Assembly: GCA_045803545.1 (NCBI GenBank)
Contig: JBJMOW010000005.1
Span: 1,344,001-1,408,000, forward strand
DNA length: 64,000 bases
Reading direction: 5' to 3'
Origin: Gemmatimonadaceae bacterium
Lineage (GTDB): Bacteria; Gemmatimonadota; Gemmatimonadetes; Gemmatimonadales; Gemmatimonadaceae
Program-made: the position numbers and the translations under genes
The notes under the pieces: model-generated
What the model was told of the DNA's origin: nothing
What the model saw: only the letters and a program-made list of their open reading frames with translations
Databases searched by the model: none
Part shown: piece by piece, positions 10,133 through 19,393 of the stretch
How positions within the stretch are numbered: the stretch's first letter is position 1
Layout of the letters: each line of letters starts with the position of its first letter

Positions 10133-10774
10133 ATGATAGAGACCACGCATCAACCGCCTGTATTGACGCCGGAGTCCAACCAGAAGCGCGACCGCGAGTT
10201 TGCGGCGGGTGCGCTTCCCTTGATCCCGGACGTCAAGCGGTACGCGCTCTCACTCACGCGCAACGAAGCAGATGCCGACGACATCGTTCAGGAAACCTAT
10301 CTTCGCGCTCATCGCTACTGGTCGACGTTCCAGGGCGGAACGGACTGCCGCAAGTGGCTCCTTACCATCTGCCGTAACGTCTTCACCACGAACATTCGGC
10401 GCGAGGAAAGATCGGTCGCTGTTGAAGACGACGAGCTCGAGTCGCTTGCGGCGGCGCGGACGCATAACGCTGCCCGGGTGGCGGGAGTCGATGATATCTA
10501 CGCCAGGCTCGACGTCGGTCCCGCCATTCGCGCCGCCATCGATCGGCTCGATCCCGTCTTTCGCGAAGTCGTCGTGCTCAGTGATGTCGAAGGTTTCTCG
10601 TATGAGGAAATCGCGGAGACCCTCCGTATTCCGATGGGAACGGTGCGCTCACGCCTCTTCCGCGCGCGTCGCCCCCTCCAGGAAGCGCTGATGGTCTACG
10701 CGCTCGATGCCGGCTACGGACGCGATAAGGTTGCGCGCAAACGCTCGGCCGCAGAGGCGACCGACAATGGATAG
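10133..10774 (+). CDS. ECF sigma-70 factor, SigH/SigR-like
   Basis: DADDIVQETYLRA; DVEGFSYEEIA..GTVRSRLFRAR. Confidence 0.92.
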   Translation: MIETTHQPPVLTPESNQKRDREFAAGALPLIPDVKRYALSLTRNEADADDIVQETYLRAHRYWSTFQGGTDCRKWLLTICRNVFTTNIRREERSVAVEDDELESLAAARTHNAARVAGVDDIYARLDVGPAIRAAIDRLDPVFREVVVLSDVEGFSYEEIAETLRIPMGTVRSRLFRARRPLQEALMVYALDAGYGRDKVARKRSAAEATDNG

Positions 10775-11018
10775 CCATCGCAGCGAGTGCGAGGCAATCG
10801 TGCGCCGCTTGTGGCCTTATCTCGACGACGTACTCGGCGAGTCTGACAAGGAGCGTGTCACCCGTCATTTGCAGGAGTGTGAAGACTGTCTGTCGCACTT
10901 CGACTACGCCCAGGCCTTTCTCGATGCGGTGCACGCTGCACGTCCAATCGTGGAAGCGGATGACGGACTGCGTGCGCGAGTCCTGGCCGCACTCACCGAC
11001 AACGGCCTCGCGATTTAA
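10767..11018 (+). CDS. zf-HC2 zinc-binding anti-sigma factor, RsrA/RshA-like
   Basis: CEAIVRRLWPYLD...HLQECEDC; overlaps the sigma gene stop. Confidence 0.9.
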   Translation: MDSHRSECEAIVRRLWPYLDDVLGESDKERVTRHLQECEDCLSHFDYAQAFLDAVHAARPIVEADDGLRARVLAALTDNGLAI

Positions 11019-11103
11019 CAAGTCGTTCGCACCGGGAACTAAAACAGATCATCGCCGATTCTTCCGTCAATCCGTACGACAAACCTCCTTCCTGGGAATC
11101 CTC

Positions 11104-12288
11104 ATGGCCAACATTAGCACCCGCTTTCAACTGAAAGCATTTACGCGGCTGGCGACGCTCGCTGGCGCCGCACTACTCGCAGCTTGCGCCGATCAATCAA
11201 CGGTTAGCCCCCTTGCACCCGATCAAGCGGTCGCGAATCGCGGCGCTGGCGAGAGTGGCAGCGGCGAAGGCGGCGTGTTCGTAACCACCAACGGCATTAC
11301 CGGAAATGAAGTGAAAGCATTCCGGAGAGCAGCTGACGGATCGCTCACGGCAATTGGCACGTTCGCGACTGGTGGCACTGGCGTAGGCGGAACGGGCGAT
11401 CCTCTCACTTCACAAGGCGCCGCGGCGCTCAGCCCCGATCACAAGTTCTTGTTTGTCGTCAACGCCGGCAGCAATGACGTGTCGGTGTTCCGTATCAGAA
11501 ACGACGACATCAAGCTCGTTGATCGGAAGCCGTCTAACGGTTCCTTTCCCGTCAGCATTGCGACGACTGACGATATCATCTATGTACTGAACGCTCACAG
11601 TGACAATGTGGGAATCTTCAGCTATAACGAGTCGGGTAACCTCAGCGCGCGCGGGACCGCCGCACTCAGCGCAAACGCGGCAACCGGCGGCACTGAGGTA
11701 CGCGTTTCTCCAAACGGCCGCTGGCTCGACGTCACCGAACGCCTGACCAAGAAGATCGACGCTTTCAGGATTGCTGCGGATGGATCTCTAAGTGCGCCGA
11801 TCCAGAGTGCATCGGCGGGCAACACGCCGTTCGGATTCCAGTTCACTCCGCAGGGCGTACTGGTGGCTTCGGAAGCAGGAAGCACATCGGCGTCTTCATA
11901 TAGTCAGTCGAGCACGGGTGCGCTGACTCCGATCAGCGCTGTCGTATCGAACGGCGGACAAGCTGCACCGTGCTGGTTGGTTGTCGATCCGAGCGGTCGT
12001 TACGCGTACACCGCGAATGCCGGCGGCTCGAGTATTTCCGGTTTCGCGATTGGTACCGATGGGAGCCTGACGCTGATCACACCAGGCGGTCGCACTGCCT
12101 ATCTGGGCGCTGGCGCGCAGCCGCTCGACATCGACTTTGGCGGCAACGGTCACTTCCTGTACGTGCTGGAGAATGGAAGAGGAGTTGTCGGTGGGTTCGC
12201 CGTAAACAGCGATGGGACGTTGACGTCGTTGGGCGAGACCGCTGGCCTGTTTGCAGCATCCGGTTTCATGGGACTGGCGGCGTATTGA
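11104..12288 (+). CDS. lactonase-family 7-bladed beta-propeller lipoprotein
   Basis: Lipobox LAAC; blades SPDHKFLFVVNAGS, DPSGRYAYTANAG, FLYVL. Confidence 0.85.
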   Translation: MANISTRFQLKAFTRLATLAGAALLAACADQSTVSPLAPDQAVANRGAGESGSGEGGVFVTTNGITGNEVKAFRRAADGSLTAIGTFATGGTGVGGTGDPLTSQGAAALSPDHKFLFVVNAGSNDVSVFRIRNDDIKLVDRKPSNGSFPVSIATTDDIIYVLNAHSDNVGIFSYNESGNLSARGTAALSANAATGGTEVRVSPNGRWLDVTERLTKKIDAFRIAADGSLSAPIQSASAGNTPFGFQFTPQGVLVASEAGSTSASSYSQSSTGALTPISAVVSNGGQAAPCWLVVDPSGRYAYTANAGGSSISGFAIGTDGSLTLITPGGRTAYLGAGAQPLDIDFGGNGHFLYVLENGRGVVGGFAVNSDGTLTSLGETAGLFAASGFMGLAAY

Positions 12289-12295
12289 GTTTCAA

Positions 12296-12373
12296 TGTGC
12301 TGGCTCCGCTGCATATCTTGCGGCGGGGCCGCACAGCTTCTGAGGGCCCGGCCACCTATATAGTTGGCCGGGC
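12296..12373. other. two tandem intergenic stem-loops (terminator or stabiliser)
   Basis: GGCTCCGCTGCA-TATCT-TGCGGCGGGGCC and GCCCGGCCA..TGGCCGGGC; no clear U tract. Confidence 0.5.
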
Positions 12374-12380
12374 TTCACAC

Positions 12381-13022
12381 ATGGAATCTTTCGTGAACGA
12401 CGACATCACTGACATCCTCGCCATCTCCGGCAGCCTGCGCGCGCATTCTTCCAACACCGAAGTGCTGCGCGCGTGTGTCCTTGTCGCACCCGGCGACATC
12501 AGCATCAGGATCTACGACGGACTCGGCACACTACCCCATTTCAATCCTGACCTCGACTTCGAAGGAGCAGTGCTGCCGGAGACAGTCGAAAATCTCCGCG
12601 CTGAGATTCGTAGAGCGGATGCGCTGTTGATTTCGTCACCGGAGTACGCGCACGGGGTGCCGGGCTCACTCAAGAACGCGCTCGATTGGCTGGTTAGCGC
12701 GCCTGAGATGGTATTCAAGCCGATCGGTGTACTCAACTCCTCGTCGCGCTCGGTCCATGCCTATGCATCGCTGGTGGAGACGCTGCGCACGATGTCGACT
12801 GAGATTGTTTCCGAGGCGTCGCCTTTATTGTCGCTAACACGATCGATGGCGAGCGCCGAGTCGATCGCGGCAAATCCGGAAATCGCGGATAGACTTCAGA
12901 CCGCCCTCGCCGCTCTGGCATCGGCGGGCATCCGCTATCGCGAGCGCGCCGTCGAGCTGGCTCCGGCGAATCTCAGCCCGAACCCGTCGGGGTCGAGCAC
13001 CGTAAAGTCGCGCAGTCCATAA
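12381..13022 (+). CDS. NADPH-dependent FMN reductase (SsuE/ChrR family)
   Basis: AISGSLRAHSSN; SPEYAHGVPGSLKNALDW. Confidence 0.92.
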   Translation: MESFVNDDITDILAISGSLRAHSSNTEVLRACVLVAPGDISIRIYDGLGTLPHFNPDLDFEGAVLPETVENLRAEIRRADALLISSPEYAHGVPGSLKNALDWLVSAPEMVFKPIGVLNSSSRSVHAYASLVETLRTMSTEIVSEASPLLSLTRSMASAESIAANPEIADRLQTALAALASAGIRYRERAVELAPANLSPNPSGSSTVKSRSP

Positions 13023-13315
13023 TACCGATCCGCGATCCGTCGCTCGACGCGCAATCCGAGTTGCTGAACGAGCTCCCACATTGCGTCGACCTCAGGCGTC
13101 AGGATGCGAACGTTGGCGCGCGATGCATCGACGACCGGTAAATCCGGTCGTTGATCGAGAAAGAACTCCATCCCTTTCCATCGCAGCGCGGCGAAATGTC
13201 CATCGCGTCGCTGGAGGGTAAATCCGAGCGCTGTGTACACGGCCAGTGATCGGTCGAGATTACTGACGAAGACTTCGACCACCAACTGGTCACCGAGCTC
13301 GCTGAGCGAATTCAT
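12935..13315 (-). CDS. VOC family (glyoxalase/bleomycin resistance) protein
   Basis: ATG 13315 coupled (TGATG) to the DoxX stop; FVSNLDRSLAVY..LGF and YGLRDFTVLDPDGFGLRF. Confidence 0.88.
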   Translation of the reverse strand: MNSLSELGDQLVVEVFVSNLDRSLAVYTALGFTLQRRDGHFAALRWKGMEFFLDQRPDLPVVDASRANVRILTPEVDAMWELVQQLGLRVERRIADRYYGLRDFTVLDPDGFGLRFAGASSTARSR

Positions 13316-13785
13316 CAGCGTGTGGACCTGCCCCGCGCAAACAACCATCGATCCATCGAAAGCGGACCTGATCCGATCATGGCAACTGTGAGCAGCGCCC
13401 CGACGTACAGGAGATTGATCTCGTAGCCCGGCGGTCCGAACACAGGACCCGCGGCAGTCAATCCTATGGTATGGACCGAGCTGTACCCGTAGTGGATGTG
13501 AATCGTGAACATCGCGACCAACATCGAGATGATCAACGGGATACTGACTATCTCCACGAACAGGCCCGCAACGATCGCAAGGCCGCCAAAGATCTCGACC
13601 AGCATCACCACCCAGGCAGTTGCGCTCGGCGCAGGAGTGCCGATCACCTGAAGGAGCTTCCCAAACTTTTCGGGACCGGCGCTCCATTTCGCGAATCCAT
13701 GGGCAATGAAGCCGTATCCGACAATCAATCGCAGGGGTACTGCCGCCCACCAACGCGGCGATCTCTCATTCCACACATCGAACAT
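13315..13785 (-). CDS. DoxX family membrane protein
   Basis: LRLIVGYGFIAHGFAK, EIFGG, PGYEINLLY and GPLSMD. Confidence 0.9.
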   Translation of the reverse strand: MFDVWNERSPRWWAAVPLRLIVGYGFIAHGFAKWSAGPEKFGKLLQVIGTPAPSATAWVVMLVEIFGGLAIVAGLFVEIVSIPLIISMLVAMFTIHIHYGYSSVHTIGLTAAGPVFGPPGYEINLLYVGALLTVAMIGSGPLSMDRWLFARGRSTR

Positions 13786-13884
13786 TTTGACTCCTCAGTT
13801 GCGCTGAGGCGGAGCGACACGGTCCGCCTTACTACTGAGGATTAACTCAAGACAGCACCTTATAGTTCAGCGCGCGCGCGACCA

Positions 13885-14364
13885 TCACCTGGCCAGCGAG
13901 ACAGGCTCCCATTTGTACGCGGTCAGATACCCCGCCGCGACGCCAATCAGCCCGCCGAGAATTCCGCCAAACGGAATTAAAATGATTCCTCCGTCGCATC
14001 TGTCTCCGCCTTTGCAGCTGATAGCCCCGAGATAGCCGAGTGCAAGGCCTGCGCTGGCGCCGATAGCAAATCCCGTGAGCGCTCGTGATCCGCCGTTCCC
14101 CAGGCGCTTGGACACGTCCAGCCGGGTGAGCTCGGCGCGACTGTAGTCTAGTCGGCCGTAGCACGTCGGGCAGCGTTCGACGATCAGCGAATCCTGTGTA
14201 AAGCGCGAGAGAACGCCCGACCGAAACAAAGAGTCGCCGAAAACCTGAAACCGGATCGAGGCGCCCGGCTCGATACCAATCGGCCGCGCACTCGATTGGG
14301 CTCGCGCCGACAAACCGCAGAGCAAGAATGCCGCCCCCAGACAAAATCGAACTGAAGCTTTCAT
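13885..14364 (-). CDS. hypothetical exported protein with glycine-zipper helices
   Basis: Signal peptide, small beta domain with CPTC, two Gly-rich helices; lies directly downstream of the kinase. Confidence 0.7.
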   Translation of the reverse strand: MKASVRFCLGAAFLLCGLSARAQSSARPIGIEPGASIRFQVFGDSLFRSGVLSRFTQDSLIVERCPTCYGRLDYSRAELTRLDVSKRLGNGGSRALTGFAIGASAGLALGYLGAISCKGGDRCDGGIILIPFGGILGGLIGVAAGYLTAYKWEPVSLAR

Positions 14365-14370
14365 CGGCCC

Positions 14371-17178
14371 TCACTTTGTGTTGAGGTCCATCACCCAGAG
14401 ATCTGCTTCGTGCCTGCCGAGCGTAAAGTAGATCGTCTTCCCGTCAGTCGAGAAGAACGGGTTGAACGGCCGTCTTTCCGGATCGTCGAACCGCACCAGG
14501 GTCGTCGGCGCGCCTCCATCGATCGGCGACTCGGCGATATTGCGATCTCCGTTCGGAGCGATCACCCGGAAGTAGAGCTTCTTGGCATCGGCACTCCAGG
14601 CTTCGATCGCCACCATCTGCCCGAACGATGCGGGAACTGGGATGGCGCGCACCGGTCCACCAGCGGCCGGGATCACGCGCAGCGGCGCCTGCGGCTGTAC
14701 GCCGGGCGTGTTGGTGGCAGTGATCGTGTAGGCAATGAATTTCGAGTCGGGCGACCAGCGCGGCAGACTGCCGCCGCCCGTGGTGAGTCGACGCGGCTCG
14801 CCGCCGCGCGCGGGGACGACATAGATCTCGATCTGCCCGGTGCGATCGGATTCAAATGCGATCTGACTGCCATCCGGAGACCACGTGCCGCCGAATTCGT
14901 GCGCGGGCCCAGACGCGATCACTCGTTCACCCGAGCCGTCGGCGGCGATGACATAAGAATCGCGATTGCCACTCCGCCACGAATGGAAAGCGATCTCGCG
15001 GCCGTCCGCCGACCACGACGGTCTGAAATCGTCGGCGGAATTGTTGGTCAGCTGCTGAAGACCAGTCCCGTCGACCTTCATTTTGTAAATGTCCATGTTG
15101 CCGGAGCGATCGGAGTCGAACGCCAGCCACTGACCATCGGGACTGAGTCGCACGACCTCGATGCTTTCCGTCGTCGACATGATTGAATGCGCCGTCGAAA
15201 CCGAGACCGCTCCCGAACGCGGAAACGGCAGCGACCAGATCCCGACATTGGTCGTCCACGCCGAATACGCGATTCGATTTCCGACGGTGCTGGCAATGCC
15301 GTGAATCTTGAGTCCCGACGTCAGCCGCTGCGGCACTCCGTCCGTTCCAGTTCCACCCACGCGCTGGTAGTAGAGATCTCTGCCACCGCGTGCGTTCGAC
15401 ACATAGAAGACACCTTTGCCGTCAGCTGCCCAGACTGGACTTACGGTCTGCTGGAGAGAGTCGGAAAGCGCCGTCGCGTTCCTTCCATCCGTGTCGACGA
15501 TCCACACCCGCGATGGAGCGATGTTTCCAAACTGCACTGCGGAATAGATGTAAAGCAGATTCCCTTCGACGAATGCGAGTCGATCATCGTTGGGGGACCA
15601 CGCCAGCGCGTTGGGCTCGTTGGCATCGCGAAGCTTGTGCGGCGAACTGCCATCGGGATTCGCAATCCAGATTGTGCCGAAGCCACCGATAGTGCGCACC
15701 TGTGCATAGGCGAGATGCTTTCCGTCGTGAGACCACGCGGGGCTCACCGAGTATTCCTTGTCCGGATTGCGCACCAGTCGCTGTGGGGTCCCGCCAAGCA
15801 CCGGCACCATCGCGATCCCGGCGGTATCAGCGTACACGATGCGAGAACCATCCGGAGACCATTGCGGAGCGAGACCATCGGCGAGACGGATCGCATCGCC
15901 GCCACCGATATGGCGCACCATGATGCTGGTTATTCCCGGCGATCCCGCGGCATACGCTATCATCTTGCCGTCGGGTGAGAACGCGGGCGTAATCTCCAGG
16001 CCAAGATCGTTGGTGAGTTGCCTCGTGCTTCTCACCTCGAATTGCGCCTCACCAGCGGTGAGATAGCGACTCGCGATCAGACTCCCGACCAGCAACACTG
16101 CGACGATCCCGATCAGCGCGATCGTTCTTCGCCGTTTACTCGTCGGGAGTCTGTCAGGCTCAGTGACGACAGTCTGCGCGCCTGGTGTGACGAATCGCGG
16201 CGAACCGTGCGCCAGCGTGTCTTTCAAAGATGGGACGGATCGCGGCGGAGCAGTTTGTGGATCAGCCGTTGGCGTCGGCGCGCTGATGCCAGGCGCAGTC
16301 ACCGTCGTCGTTACGTCCGTCCCACTTGGCGTTACGACGGTCTCCAGCTGGGCACACAATTCCCTCGCAGTTTGAAACCTGTCGGCCGCCCGCTTTTCGA
16401 GACAGCGCATGATCACCGCGGCGAGCGATGGCGGAACGTTCGGCCGATACTTCGTGACCGGAGCAGCCGGCTCGCTCAGGTGCGCCGCCATCAGCTGCTG
16501 TGGACTCGTGCCGAAAAATGGCGTCATTCCAGCCAGCATCTCATAGCCGACGACGCCTGTCGCATAGATGTCGGCGCGCTGATCCGTCGTCTCTGATCCC
16601 ATTGCCTGCTCCGGCGCCATGTACGCCGGCGTGCCGATCGCGACACCGACAGCAGTGAGACTGATGTCGCCCGCGTCACTTACCGCTTTGGCGATACCAA
16701 AATCGGTGAGCAGAGCGTGATGCCCCGAGAGTAGAATATTTTCAGGTTTGATGTCGCGGTGGGCTGCGCCTTGTCGGTGCGCGTACTCGAGCGCGTCGGC
16801 CACGTCGTGCAGAATTCGTACAGTCTCCGCGATCGGCAGCTCGCCCGAACGCTTCAATCGCGAGCGGAGGGTCTCTCCTTCGACGAGCGGCATCGCGTAA
16901 TAAAGGAGATCGTCCTTCGAGCCGGCGAACAGTAGCGGCACGATGTGCGGATGCTGCAGTCGCGCCGCGAGCTGGATCTCGCGGCGAAAGCGATCGATGT
17001 TGAGCCCAGCGCCGAGCTCGGGCGGCAGGACTTTGACGACGATCTGGCGGCCGAGCGCGACTTCGCGAACGACGAAGACGCGCGCCATCCCGCCACCCAG
17101 ATCATCCGTCACCTCATAGCCTTCGCCGAGCGCGCGCTGCAGTCGCTCGGCGAGATCTCCGGCCGGTCTACCGTTCAG
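14371..17178 (-). CDS. Hanks-type Ser/Thr protein kinase with TM helix and TolB-like/PD40 repeats
   Basis: GGGMARV, VVKV, HRDIKPEN, DFGIA, APE; TM segment; many P-x-WSPDG repeats. The frame is open upstream of GTG 17112 to CTG 17178, which follows GGGGAG. Confidence 0.92.
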   Translation of the reverse strand: MNGRPAGDLAERLQRALGEGYEVTDDLGGGMARVFVVREVALGRQIVVKVLPPELGAGLNIDRFRREIQLAARLQHPHIVPLLFAGSKDDLLYYAMPLVEGETLRSRLKRSGELPIAETVRILHDVADALEYAHRQGAAHRDIKPENILLSGHHALLTDFGIAKAVSDAGDISLTAVGVAIGTPAYMAPEQAMGSETTDQRADIYATGVVGYEMLAGMTPFFGTSPQQLMAAHLSEPAAPVTKYRPNVPPSLAAVIMRCLEKRAADRFQTARELCAQLETVVTPSGTDVTTTVTAPGISAPTPTADPQTAPPRSVPSLKDTLAHGSPRFVTPGAQTVVTEPDRLPTSKRRRTIALIGIVAVLLVGSLIASRYLTAGEAQFEVRSTRQLTNDLGLEITPAFSPDGKMIAYAAGSPGITSIMVRHIGGGDAIRLADGLAPQWSPDGSRIVYADTAGIAMVPVLGGTPQRLVRNPDKEYSVSPAWSHDGKHLAYAQVRTIGGFGTIWIANPDGSSPHKLRDANEPNALAWSPNDDRLAFVEGNLLYIYSAVQFGNIAPSRVWIVDTDGRNATALSDSLQQTVSPVWAADGKGVFYVSNARGGRDLYYQRVGGTGTDGVPQRLTSGLKIHGIASTVGNRIAYSAWTTNVGIWSLPFPRSGAVSVSTAHSIMSTTESIEVVRLSPDGQWLAFDSDRSGNMDIYKMKVDGTGLQQLTNNSADDFRPSWSADGREIAFHSWRSGNRDSYVIAADGSGERVIASGPAHEFGGTWSPDGSQIAFESDRTGQIEIYVVPARGGEPRRLTTGGGSLPRWSPDSKFIAYTITATNTPGVQPQAPLRVIPAAGGPVRAIPVPASFGQMVAIEAWSADAKKLYFRVIAPNGDRNIAESPIDGGAPTTLVRFDDPERRPFNPFFSTDGKTIYFTLGRHEADLWVMDLNTK

Positions 17179-17319
17179 TCGAGCTCCCCGCTGAGTTGCC
17201 CATAAAATACCGGTCGGAGTTGGCGAGCGGGCAGATTGTTGTTCCAGCTCTGCGCTCCCGCATCCCCCTTCCCTCCCTCCGATTTCCGGAGTAACTCACA
17301 GCAAGAGCAAGGAGGCATG

Positions 17320-19380
17320 ATGCCAACCAGTATCAACAATGTGAGGACGATCGCACTGTGCGGTCAGGCGGGCAGCGGCAAGACTACTCTGGCCGAGGCA
17401 CTGCTCGCGAAGGCAGGAGCAATAGCCTCGGCCGGTTCAGTAGAGAGAGGAACTACAGTCGGAGACTACAGTCCTCTCGAAAAGCAGGTGCAACACACCC
17501 TCAAGCTCTCGGTGGCGAGCTTCGAAGTGAAGAATGGCGGTGACCCAACCCGCGTCCACCTCCTCGACACACCAGGTTATCCGGAGTTCCTCGGGCATTC
17601 GCTGCCGGCGCTGGCAGCGGTCGAGACCGCGGCGATTGTGATCAACGCCGTAAACGGCATCGAGATGATGACAGGCCGTTACATGCAGGCGGCACAGAAG
17701 CGTGGTCTCGACCGACTGATCATCGTCAACAAGATCGACGGCGAAAACGTCAATTGCGCGGCGCTGCTCGGTCAGATCCAGGAGATGTTCGGCAAGGAGT
17801 GCCTGCCGCTCAATCTTCCGTCTGCAAATCGAACGAAAGTCTCCGACTGCTTCTTCGCGCCCGATGGGGAGGCGGATTTCTCGAGTGTGGATGAAGCCCA
17901 CAGGGCACTCGTCGAACAGGTGGTTGAAGTCGACGAGAGCCTGATGGAGAAATACCTCGAGAAAGGCGAGGTTACTCCCGAAGAACTACATGAGCCCCTC
18001 GAGCAGGCCCTGCGCGAGGGGCATTTGATTCCCGTTGTATTCACGTCTGCGCGGACAGGCGCGGGAATCAGTGAGCTGCTCGAAGTGATCGTAAAGCTGC
18101 TCGCGAATCCGCTCGAAGGAAATCCGCCGGTTTATCTGAGTCTCCCCATCGAGGGCGGTGATCCAGTCCCGCTCAAGGCGGCGCCCGATCCCACAGCGCA
18201 CGCACTCGCCCACGTATTCAAGATCGAGTCGGATCCGTACATCGGACGCATCGCGGTGTGTCGCGTGCATCAGGGGCGACTGACACCAAACATGCAGCTG
18301 TACATCGGCGACGGTCGAAAGCCGATCCGACCGGGTCATCTATACATGTTGCGTGGCAAGACGCAGAACGAAGTGCATGAAGCGCTGCCCGGCGACATCG
18401 TCGCGATCGCGCGCATCGAAGAGATCCAGTTCGATCACATCCTGCACGATTCGGCGGACGACGCCAATTTGCACGCGCGTCCGCTGGAGCTGCCGCTACC
18501 GGTGTTCGGTCTCGCGGTGACGCCCAAGAATCACAAGGACGAACAGAAGGTCTCCGATGTGCTGCACAAGATCTCGGCGGAAGATCCGTGCTTCCGCATC
18601 GAGCACAACGCGCAGACAAACGAGACGGTGATGCGCGGCCTTGGCGAGATGCACCTCAAGGCGATTCTCGACAAGATGGCATCGCAGTACAAAATCGAGC
18701 TCGACACCAAGCCGCCCTCGATTCCCTTCCGCGAGACCATCATCGCGAAAGCCGAGGGACACAATCGGCACAAGAAGCAGACTGGTGGTGCTGGACAGTT
18801 TGGCGAAGTGTATCTGCGCGTAGAGCCACTGCCGCGCGGCAAAGGATTCGAGTTCGTCGATGCAGTGAAAGGCGGGACGATACCGCGCCAGTTCATTCCG
18901 TCGGTCGAAAAAGGAGTGCGTCAGGTTCTCGAGCATGGTTACATCGCCGGCTTCCCGCTGCAGGACGTGCGCGTGATCGTGTACGACGGCAAGACGCATC
19001 CGGTCGATTCGAAGGATGTCGCCTTTCAGGCGGCGGGTCGCAAAGCTTTTCTCGATGCGCTGGCGAAGGCGCGGGCGATTGTGCTCGAGCCGATCGTCGA
19101 CGTCGAGATTGTGGCGCCCGAAGACAAGATGGGAGATATCGCGGGCGAGCTGTCGGGCCATCGCGGGCAGATCAAAGGTTCCGATTCGCCGAGGCCGGGA
19201 TTCGTGCAGGTGACGGCACAGGCGCCGTTGTCGGAGCTCGAGCAGTTCCCAGCTCGACTGAAATCAATTACCGCGGGGCGAGGTTCGTATTCTTTGGAGT
19301 TTTCTCACTACGAGCCGGCGCCGACGATCCTGCAGCAGAAGTTGCAGCAGGCGCACAAGCCTCAGGAACTGGAGGCGTAG
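17320..19380 (+). CDS. fusA: elongation factor G paralog (EF-G2-type)
   Basis: GQAGSGKT, DTPGY, NKID; GLGEMHL; KKQTGGAGQFGEV, HPVDS, ILEP-like domain IV/V motifs; GGAGG RBS; not in an rpsL-rpsG-tuf operon. Confidence 0.92.
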   Translation: MPTSINNVRTIALCGQAGSGKTTLAEALLAKAGAIASAGSVERGTTVGDYSPLEKQVQHTLKLSVASFEVKNGGDPTRVHLLDTPGYPEFLGHSLPALAAVETAAIVINAVNGIEMMTGRYMQAAQKRGLDRLIIVNKIDGENVNCAALLGQIQEMFGKECLPLNLPSANRTKVSDCFFAPDGEADFSSVDEAHRALVEQVVEVDESLMEKYLEKGEVTPEELHEPLEQALREGHLIPVVFTSARTGAGISELLEVIVKLLANPLEGNPPVYLSLPIEGGDPVPLKAAPDPTAHALAHVFKIESDPYIGRIAVCRVHQGRLTPNMQLYIGDGRKPIRPGHLYMLRGKTQNEVHEALPGDIVAIARIEEIQFDHILHDSADDANLHARPLELPLPVFGLAVTPKNHKDEQKVSDVLHKISAEDPCFRIEHNAQTNETVMRGLGEMHLKAILDKMASQYKIELDTKPPSIPFRETIIAKAEGHNRHKKQTGGAGQFGEVYLRVEPLPRGKGFEFVDAVKGGTIPRQFIPSVEKGVRQVLEHGYIAGFPLQDVRVIVYDGKTHPVDSKDVAFQAAGRKAFLDALAKARAIVLEPIVDVEIVAPEDKMGDIAGELSGHRGQIKGSDSPRPGFVQVTAQAPLSELEQFPARLKSITAGRGSYSLEFSHYEPAPTILQQKLQQAHKPQELEA

Positions 19381-19393
19381 GCCGAGCGATAGC

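Noticed and set aside
11970..12380. N-terminal extension of the FMN reductase ORF (350 aa)
   Set aside because: It overlaps the lactonase gene out of frame and crosses two hairpins; the domain begins at 12381.
13316..13753. N-terminal extension of the VOC ORF (272 aa)
   Set aside because: Alternate frame of the DoxX gene; the TGATG-coupled start at 13315 fits the family length.
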